This document shows, piece after piece, positions 57,450-64,000 of a DNA stretch of 64,000 nt. How positions within the stretch are numbered: the first letter of the stretch is position 1; every line of letters begins with the position of its first letter. The stretch comes from a virus. The stretch is from positions 32,001-96,000 of IMG/VR virus record IMGVR_UViG_3300023109_003600; one strand, written 5' to 3'. The notes below the pieces were generated by a model. The model saw only the letters and a list, made by a program, of their open reading frames with translations. It had not been told where the DNA came from and made no database searches. Both the position numbers and the translations under genes were made by a program.

Positions 57450-58159
57450 AATTATACAAATCAAAAACAGTAAAATTTGACGTAGATCGCCACTACTACT
57501 CTTTTTATTTTTGCGGACATAGCCCTCAATTACATAAAAAAGGTCTACAAAGAGACGGTAAAAATCCACTACAATTCTTCATGAGAGACATGACTCGTCA
57601 AAAATATGAATCTTTACCTAATGGCAGATATTACGAGTACAACTTAAACTCATTAAGCGCGTTCAAGAATCAACCTTGCAAAAAGTACTATATTTTGGAC
57701 GCGAATAAATCAAAAGTTTTCGTAGGATTCGAATTATACGAAGATATTCCTAGTAGCACAATAAATACCGACCAATTATATTTTGACGTAAAGGGTGGTA
57801 AATTAAATTATCTCAAAAAACCCAAAAAAAAAAGTGCAGAAGCTCATAAACAGAATATAAATAAGGCAATCGATTCAGCGCCAACTGCTCATCGTGATGC
57901 GTTTGCCGAGAATTACATTAAATTCATTTTAGGTCATAAAAAAATGGGTCATATAAGTCACGAAGTTTATTGTCATGCTATGCTTATTCTTCGCAAATGT
58001 GCGGGTCTAAATCTCATTATACCACACAAGTTTAAAGAATTACTATATAATATATATGGTCAAGATTCAAAGGTAAATAAATCAACTGCTGAATCAGAAT
58101 TTATATTGTATGCTTTAAAAGCATTTAAAAGAACAGGAAAAGAAAGTATTTATAAATAA
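57428..58159 (+). CDS. Hypothetical protein
   Basis: 243 aa ORF. Confidence 0.65.
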   Translation: METAQKLKLYKSKTVKFDVDRHYYSFYFCGHSPQLHKKGLQRDGKNPLQFFMRDMTRQKYESLPNGRYYEYNLNSLSAFKNQPCKKYYILDANKSKVFVGFELYEDIPSSTINTDQLYFDVKGGKLNYLKKPKKKSAEAHKQNINKAIDSAPTAHRDAFAENYIKFILGHKKMGHISHEVYCHAMLILRKCAGLNLIIPHKFKELLYNIYGQDSKVNKSTAESEFILYALKAFKRTGKESIYK

Positions 58160-58594
58160 ATGAATAAAATAAAAACAGGAATTACATTTAGCACATTTGA
58201 TTTACTTCACACAGGACATATTGCTATGTTAGCTGAAGCAAAATCTGTTTGTAATTATTTAATATGTGGACTTCATGTTGATCCACAAGTTGAGCGACCA
58301 AATAAAAATAAACCTATACAAAGTGTTGTTGAGCGTTATATTCAATTATCTTCGGTGCAATATGTTGATGAAGTGATTCCATATAATCTTGAAAAAGATT
58401 TGCATGATATTTTATTGACTTACCCTATTAACGTAAGAATTATTGGTGCAGACTATAAAGGTGTTGAATTTTCGGGCAAAGATATTTGCTTGACAAAAGG
58501 CATAGAGATTTATTACAATAAACGCTCTCACAATTTCTCCAGTACAGAGTTAAGAAAAAGAATACAACAAGCAGAAGATGAAAAACAAACTTAA
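58160..58594 (+). CDS. Glycerol-3-phosphate cytidylyltransferase-like protein
   Basis: FSTFDLLHTGH, KNKPIQS, GADY, RSHNFSST. Confidence 0.88.
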   Translation: MNKIKTGITFSTFDLLHTGHIAMLAEAKSVCNYLICGLHVDPQVERPNKNKPIQSVVERYIQLSSVQYVDEVIPYNLEKDLHDILLTYPINVRIIGADYKGVEFSGKDICLTKGIEIYYNKRSHNFSSTELRKRIQQAEDEKQT

Positions 58595-58674
58595 ACAAAT
58601 TAAAGAATTATTCTTGGGCGTTGGAACGCTTTTTATCTTGATATTCTTGCAAATATGGTATATAATTACAGGCA

Positions 58675-59508
58675 ATGAGTAAAATATTAGTAACAGGTCA
58701 CAAAGGTTACATAGGTTCACACCTATATTCTGAAATAAAAAAAGATTCTTCTCACGATGTCTACGGAATAGACTTAAAAGATGGAGATGATGCCCTATAC
58801 TGCTTGCCAGACGAGCAATTTGATACCGTATTTCATTTCTGCGCATACCCAAGGGTAGAATATTCCGTCCTCAATCCAAGTTATACATTACAACAAAATG
58901 TACTGGTTACATCTAAACTTTTAGAATGGAGTAAAAACCACGGAGTTAAAAAATTTATATTCTCGTCTTCGTCTGCAATTATGGGAGATGGAGATGGAGC
59001 CCCAAAATCTCCTTATGGCTTGCATAAACTCATGTCGGAAATGGAATGTAAATTATACAAAGAACTGTATGGGGTACATTGTGTTTGCCTCCGTTATTTT
59101 AACGCTTACTCAGAAGATCAGCCTTACGGGGGCGCATATACCACAGCAATTTCTGCATGGATGGAAATGATTCGTCAAAATAAACCTTTGCGATTAGATG
59201 GAGATGGGGAGCAAACTAGAGATTTTGTTCATGTTGAGGATATCGTATCAGCAAATATACTAGCGATGAATAACAGCGAAATGGATGATGACTACTATAA
59301 CGTTGGCTACGGTTTTTCATTTTCCTTAAATTATATAAAAGATTTTATCGACAGGCATCAAAAAGTAGAATGGGACTTTGCCTCTCCAAGAAAAGGAGAT
59401 GCGAGAAATACCCTTGCAAATAATCAGTCCCTGATTGATTGTGGTTGGAAGCCAAAAGTTCATTTTAATGAAGGACTAGAGAGGTGCTTCGGGAAGGCTT
59501 TAGTATAA
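58675..59508 (+). CDS. NAD-dependent epimerase/dehydratase
   Basis: TGHKGYIG, SSSSA, YGLHK, LRYFNAY, GDGEQTRDF; upstream TTGATA-17-TATAAT at 58638-58666. Confidence 0.92.
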   Translation: MSKILVTGHKGYIGSHLYSEIKKDSSHDVYGIDLKDGDDALYCLPDEQFDTVFHFCAYPRVEYSVLNPSYTLQQNVLVTSKLLEWSKNHGVKKFIFSSSSAIMGDGDGAPKSPYGLHKLMSEMECKLYKELYGVHCVCLRYFNAYSEDQPYGGAYTTAISAWMEMIRQNKPLRLDGDGEQTRDFVHVEDIVSANILAMNNSEMDDDYYNVGYGFSFSLNYIKDFIDRHQKVEWDFASPRKGDARNTLANNQSLIDCGWKPKVHFNEGLERCFGKALV

Positions 59509-59577
59509 AAATGGAAATGATGATTGTATTTATAATCTTAATGATATTCATTATTACTGCAGACTGGTTATTGTAAT

Positions 59578-59892
59578 ATGGCTATATCAAATTTTCAGCA
59601 TCCTTATTTCGAAGAGTTAAAAGCCCTCAGGGCAGAAGTTCCGCAAAATATTGAGTTTTGCGAGTCAAAGGAGATTGAAAAATACCCTCAAGAAACCAAA
59701 ATCATACTAAAATCTTTAGATCTCATAGAAGAAGGTTGGGGCCTAAGCATGCTAACAGACGAAAGCAGGATTTCAGATTTTAATTTAACAGAAAAAGAGT
59801 TAAATTTTCTTTCGAGTACATTAGGTTTTAAAGTTAAAGATGACCAATTAATTTTACTCATATCTAAACAGATTCATGATAACAAGAAATAG
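59578..59892 (+). CDS. Hypothetical protein
   Basis: 104 aa ORF, LTDESRISDF. Confidence 0.6.
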   Translation: MAISNFQHPYFEELKALRAEVPQNIEFCESKEIEKYPQETKIILKSLDLIEEGWGLSMLTDESRISDFNLTEKELNFLSSTLGFKVKDDQLILLISKQIHDNKK

Positions 59893-60310
59893 CTGGATTC
59901 AAGATGATATCAAAAATATAACAATCTACCTAAAAAAAGATCAAATCTTAATAGATGAAGGAGTAGATAAACTTAATAATAAGTTAAATTCGCATAAAGG
60001 CCTTAATAAAAATTTTGCCTTTATAGATACCTCAGATTACACATTTGAAGATCAAGATTATTTTTTAGATTTCTTTTATTTGTTGTCGCACAAAGCCAAC
60101 AAAGGCTTAGCAGTAATAACAAATCATCAAAATTTAACCCAGCAAAAAACTTTAAATTTGCAGTTTATTTATTTCAATGGGGTCGAGAGTCAAGAAAGTT
60201 TTGAGTCTAAGAAAAAATTTAGACACGCAAGTCTTAGACTTCAAGAAACTCTGGAAATGGTTATGCCAATGCCAGCCGATGAGTACTTATTCAACCCATT
60301 TAGTGTATAG
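59876..60310 (+). CDS. Hypothetical protein
   Basis: 144 aa ORF. Confidence 0.6.
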   Translation: MITRNSWIQDDIKNITIYLKKDQILIDEGVDKLNNKLNSHKGLNKNFAFIDTSDYTFEDQDYFLDFFYLLSHKANKGLAVITNHQNLTQQKTLNLQFIYFNGVESQESFESKKKFRHASLRLQETLEMVMPMPADEYLFNPFSV

Positions 60311-60316
60311 ATTAGT

Positions 60317-61177
60317 ATGATTGACCCTCAACAACATAGAAATATCCCCTGCTTTTATCATGTACCTAAAAATGCTGGAACATATACAATTAGTTTAATG
60401 ATATTATTTTTTAGATTATTAAGGCGGGATCGCACAACCTGGCAGTCTCGAGTATCAGGGCCTAGTGCAAGAAATATTGTAATACATCTTAATAATCTAG
60501 AAATTGCTCGTCTAATTGCGGGAGACCCTAATGATATATGCAACCAAGCCCCAATTTTCAAACGCGGATCAGAAGACAAAACACATTATACAATCAATTT
60601 AAGCGATTGCTCTGCAGAGACATTTAGTTGTTTGAATATTTTTTCAATAGTTATTGAGTCGGATGGATTCATATACCACGATCAAATTAAAAAGTCTTTT
60701 GAAAAATATAATTTAATTGACTTTATGATATTGCGAGAACCCATCAAGAGAGTAATATCTTTCTTTGACTACATCAATTCAGACAAAGCAAAACACGAAC
60801 CAACTTATGGAATTATTCCTAATAAATTTGCAGAATATGCAAAAAGTCAATACACAGAAGATAGCTGGTTAATTCGTCAATTTGCAAATGTAGATAACTC
60901 CAAGGGAATTACTCTAGAAAACTATAATACAGCCCTCAATATTTTAAAAAAGTTTAAATCATGCGACATCAAAGATACAGATTCCTTTGTAAGAAATATA
61001 TTTAAAGAATCTTTAAATTTAAAACTAACGCAACAGGACATGCAAGCCAAGGGTTGGAGTACAATTCGCAACTCAAAATCAGAAAATCCCACAATCATCG
61101 ACGAAGAATCACGTAAAATATTACAACAAAGAATGAAATACGACATTGATTTATACAACAAATTACTATCATGCTAA
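60317..61177 (+). CDS. Sulfotransferase family 2-like protein
   Basis: YHVPKNAGT, LREPIKRVIS.F.Y, DIDLY. Confidence 0.8.
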   Translation: MIDPQQHRNIPCFYHVPKNAGTYTISLMILFFRLLRRDRTTWQSRVSGPSARNIVIHLNNLEIARLIAGDPNDICNQAPIFKRGSEDKTHYTINLSDCSAETFSCLNIFSIVIESDGFIYHDQIKKSFEKYNLIDFMILREPIKRVISFFDYINSDKAKHEPTYGIIPNKFAEYAKSQYTEDSWLIRQFANVDNSKGITLENYNTALNILKKFKSCDIKDTDSFVRNIFKESLNLKLTQQDMQAKGWSTIRNSKSENPTIIDEESRKILQQRMKYDIDLYNKLLSC

Positions 61178-61821
61178 TATCACACTCGCATAAATTCATA
61201 ACAATTGATATTCCAAAAACTGGCTCAAGATCCTTGCGAGAAACTTTTGTACCCCAAAATGTAATTGATATAATTGGCCTACCACAGCCAGACTCAGAGT
61301 ATTATCAACACGGAACTGCTCAACAATGCTCTAATTCTCTATACAACTTAATGAAAGACTTTGCAGACTATTTTTCATTTACCATTGTTCGAAATCCTTG
61401 GGATCGTTATTATAGTTTCTTTAAATATTTTAAAGAATATGCCGAGAAATATAAAAACAAAGACTCAAGCATCACATGGAATGCTCCTGAAATTAACCAA
61501 GGAAAAATGTGCGAACAATTATTTGCAAATAAAACAGATGAAACTGTATTTCGAAATATTATCATAAATAATGTATGCCAAAGTGATTATTATACGAATA
61601 AAAATGGCGAAATTATGGTCTCCCATATAGCAAAATTTGAAAACATCAACCAAGAATTTGAATCGCTCTGCAACAAAGTGAATGTAAAATATTCGCCATT
61701 ATTTCACGGAAATAAAAGTGCATCAAAAACTAGATATACAGATGCTTATACCCAGCTGACCATTGATTTAGTCGCAGAAAAAGAAAAAAGTGTAATAAAA
61801 TTAAAAGGATATGAATATTAA
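61171..61821 (+). CDS. Sulfotransferase family 2 protein
   Basis: IDIPKTGSRS, VRNPWDRYYS, KFEN. Confidence 0.85.
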   Translation: MLISHSHKFITIDIPKTGSRSLRETFVPQNVIDIIGLPQPDSEYYQHGTAQQCSNSLYNLMKDFADYFSFTIVRNPWDRYYSFFKYFKEYAEKYKNKDSSITWNAPEINQGKMCEQLFANKTDETVFRNIIINNVCQSDYYTNKNGEIMVSHIAKFENINQEFESLCNKVNVKYSPLFHGNKSASKTRYTDAYTQLTIDLVAEKEKSVIKLKGYEY

Positions 61822-62467
61822 CGCTAATACTTCAAAAGACCTTCTTAATTACATAAAAGAAATAGAATCAACAAATTCATCTTTTTGCAAAATTGGTGAC
61901 TCTGCTGAAACTTTAATTGTAAGTTTTGGGCATATTGTCCACGGAGGCTTTGCGAGTAAAACTAGTTTAGTAAATCAAAAATGTGAAAATAACAATTTTG
62001 ATATCTTGTATATTCGAGACGTTGAAAAGAATTTTTATCTTGATGCTTTGCCCAAAATAGGAAACTCGCTTGCAGAGACAATAAACTTTCTAGAATCAGC
62101 GACATCAAAATATAAAACTACAATTTATATAGGAAGTAGTATGGGAGGATATGCAAGTATTTTATTCGCAAGTATATTAAAAGGTACTACCGCAATTGCC
62201 CAGATGCCACAAACTGATCTTGAATATGTTTATAATCATTGCATAGACATATTTAAGCCAATCAAAAATAAATATCCAGACGTATGGAATTCGTATAAAA
62301 ACTTAAATTCTGTCATCAATGATTCCACACAATATATCGTTGGTGGATTTGATCCAAATGCAAATGTTTTGCACGATTTACATCACTATAAAAATATCAA
62401 ATCTCACGCAAATGTAAAAATGCCAAACAACTTTGATTTTGTAAACGAGGTGAAAACGCACATGTAG
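61811..62467 (+). CDS. Alpha/beta-hydrolase-fold protein
   Basis: GSSMGGY nucleophile elbow; PQT. Confidence 0.7.
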   Translation: MNINANTSKDLLNYIKEIESTNSSFCKIGDSAETLIVSFGHIVHGGFASKTSLVNQKCENNNFDILYIRDVEKNFYLDALPKIGNSLAETINFLESATSKYKTTIYIGSSMGGYASILFASILKGTTAIAQMPQTDLEYVYNHCIDIFKPIKNKYPDVWNSYKNLNSVINDSTQYIVGGFDPNANVLHDLHHYKNIKSHANVKMPNNFDFVNEVKTHM

Positions 62468-62477
62468 TAAATCTAAA

Positions 62478-63236
62478 ATGAAAATATACACCTACTATCA
62501 GAATATAAATCACAATAACCAATCCGAACTAATTGACTTATGGAAAATTAGTTGGTCACGACAAGGTTACGAACCAATCGTGCTAAATTTACAAGACGCA
62601 AAAAGACATTCGTATTTCGATACACTAAACACAGAAATGCGTAGAATTTTCAAAGAAATTACAAACAAAGAAATTTCTGATTACGGAATGAGTTGTTGGT
62701 TTCGTTGGTTGGCATATGCAACGCAAGCAGATGAAAAATTTTATGTGAGTGATTATGATGCAATCAATGTTAATTTTCCGATCACAGAGCCAAACGATAA
62801 ACTTCATTTAATGGATGGTGGTTGCCCTTTTTTAGCAAGTGGAACACCAAAACAATTTGAAAATTTATGCAAAGCATTCGTGGAAGCTAGCAATCAAAGA
62901 ATTGATATTTTAAAACAACAAACAGATCATTATCATGATCAAGAATTTTTTCAATATAACTTCATGCCACAACAAAATGATTCTGCTGAAGATCTAAGAA
63001 AGCAACACGACATTTTAATGACGAGAAATAGGCATGAAATTGGTGGATATATAGATCCTGTGGAAAACAAAATACTTGCAGGTCCAAACATTGGATACAT
63101 TGAAAACGAAAACTGTAAAGTGGTTCATGTGTCACATCACAGTATCGGAACTTTACAAGAAAAATATGCTCAATATAAAAACCTTAATGCTAGTCAATTG
63201 AGAATCGACTTAGTTAAACAATTTCTTGGGATTTAA
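62478..63236 (+). CDS. Glycosyltransferase-like hypothetical protein
   Basis: WKISW..GYEPIVL, CWFRWLAYA, SDYD, HDQ. Confidence 0.55.
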   Translation: MKIYTYYQNINHNNQSELIDLWKISWSRQGYEPIVLNLQDAKRHSYFDTLNTEMRRIFKEITNKEISDYGMSCWFRWLAYATQADEKFYVSDYDAINVNFPITEPNDKLHLMDGGCPFLASGTPKQFENLCKAFVEASNQRIDILKQQTDHYHDQEFFQYNFMPQQNDSAEDLRKQHDILMTRNRHEIGGYIDPVENKILAGPNIGYIENENCKVVHVSHHSIGTLQEKYAQYKNLNASQLRIDLVKQFLGI

Positions 63237-63237
63237 G

Positions 63238-63327
63238 ATGAAAAAACCATTATTCATACATGTTCCAAAGGCAGGAGGAAGTTCCATTAAAAGCATCATC
63301 AACAAGAACAATAAAGACAATGACTGA
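63238..63327 (+). pseudogene. Truncated sulfotransferase N-terminus (29 aa)
   Basis: MKKPLFIHVPKAGGSSIK... ends at TGA 63325-63327, overlapping an unrelated gene. Confidence 0.7.
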
Positions 63328-64000
63328 TACAAAAGAATATAATAATATAATATATTATCACTATTTTTGCACAGAACGTTCGGCTAAAATATTCGATAAC
63401 ATTTTCAACAAAATAGTTGAATCTGAATTATACCACCATATTAACGCACTGTTTGTTAATGTAATTGGTGTTGATTGCGGTCAACACTTACATGATCTGG
63501 AAATAAAATACAAAGTCAACAAAAAAATAGTATTTACATCGCATAGAAGTGATAAGCTTAAAAAAATTCAAGATTCATACACACATGACCAAATATCTAA
63601 AAACCCGAAATTATCCATTGGCAGAAATGGCATGGAGGGGGATACATTAGAATTGTTGCACACTAACACAATCAATTCTACCATGAACACCAATATTTTG
63701 TATATACACTCTAAAGGCGCAACTAATGAGGGTGAATTTTGTAATTGGAAATCACGTGAAGAGTGGCGTAATAACTTAGTAGATGGTACAATTAACGACT
63801 GGAGGGAGTGTTTAAATAATCTCACGGATAATCCCCACATTGGACCTAATTATCATAAAAATTACCAAGCAAATAGTATACCGCATTATTCTGGAAACTA
63901 CTGGTGGGCCACATCTAAGCATATAAAAAAACTAGTACCATTCGATGTATTCTGTGGTGATGGTTTTCTTGTAAATAAGATACTAAACAAAATTAATCAA
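63320..64000 (+). CDS. Glycosyltransferase-like protein, 3'-truncated by the window (not in the ORF track)
   Basis: Open frame from ATG 63320 to the window end with LYIHSKG and HYSGNYWWA motifs. Confidence 0.65.
   Translation, partial: MTDTKEYNNIIYYHYFCTERSAKIFDNIFNKIVESELYHHINALFVNVIGVDCGQHLHDLEIKYKVNKKIVFTSHRSDKLKKIQDSYTHDQISKNPKLSIGRNGMEGDTLELLHTNTINSTMNTNILYIHSKGATNEGEFCNWKSREEWRNNLVDGTINDWRECLNNLTDNPHIGPNYHKNYQANSIPHYSGNYWWATSKHIKKLVPFDVFCGDGFLVNKILNKINQ

Noticed and set aside
186-63840. Numerous 60-130 aa ORFs nested in or antisense to long genes
   Set aside because: Shadow ORFs of well-supported genes with no motifs of their own.
1-64000. Alternative genetic code (stop-codon recoding)
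   Set aside because: Standard-code ORFs tile the window densely, and TAA, TAG and TGA all terminate recognisable full-length genes.

Overview
AT-rich (about 30% GC by eye), gene-dense and almost entirely + strand segment of a large dsDNA bacteriophage genome. No capsid, terminase or tail genes are recognisable in this window. It contains: (1) a replication and nucleotide module: DnaB, primase, PD-(D/E)xK exonuclease, NrdA, NrdB, a three-gene split DnaE (PHP / DEDDh / polymerase), dCMP deaminase, dUTPase and PhoH; (2) a ClpC-type ATPase followed directly by a complete tmRNA that encodes an unusually long polybasic tag; (3) a PVC-type DUF1549/DUF1553 + DUF1501 secreted gene pair; (4) an APS-kinase/HIGH-nucleotidyltransferase fusion on the minus strand, which the supplied ORF track mislabels as +; (5) an outer-membrane beta-barrel gene; (6) a separately promoted, highly structured ncRNA of about 270 nt at 35.5-35.8 kb; and (7) large islands of glycosyltransferase, sulfotransferase and methyltransferase genes at 11-17.5, 37-52.6 and 55.5-64 kb. 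Two promoter classes are visible: near-consensus sigma70 promoters giving leaderless or very short-leader mRNAs, and a GTGTA motif 9-13 nt upstream of start codons. Several proteins point to a Verrucomicrobia/PVC host (inference). All family assignments come from motif recognition by eye; no searches were run.
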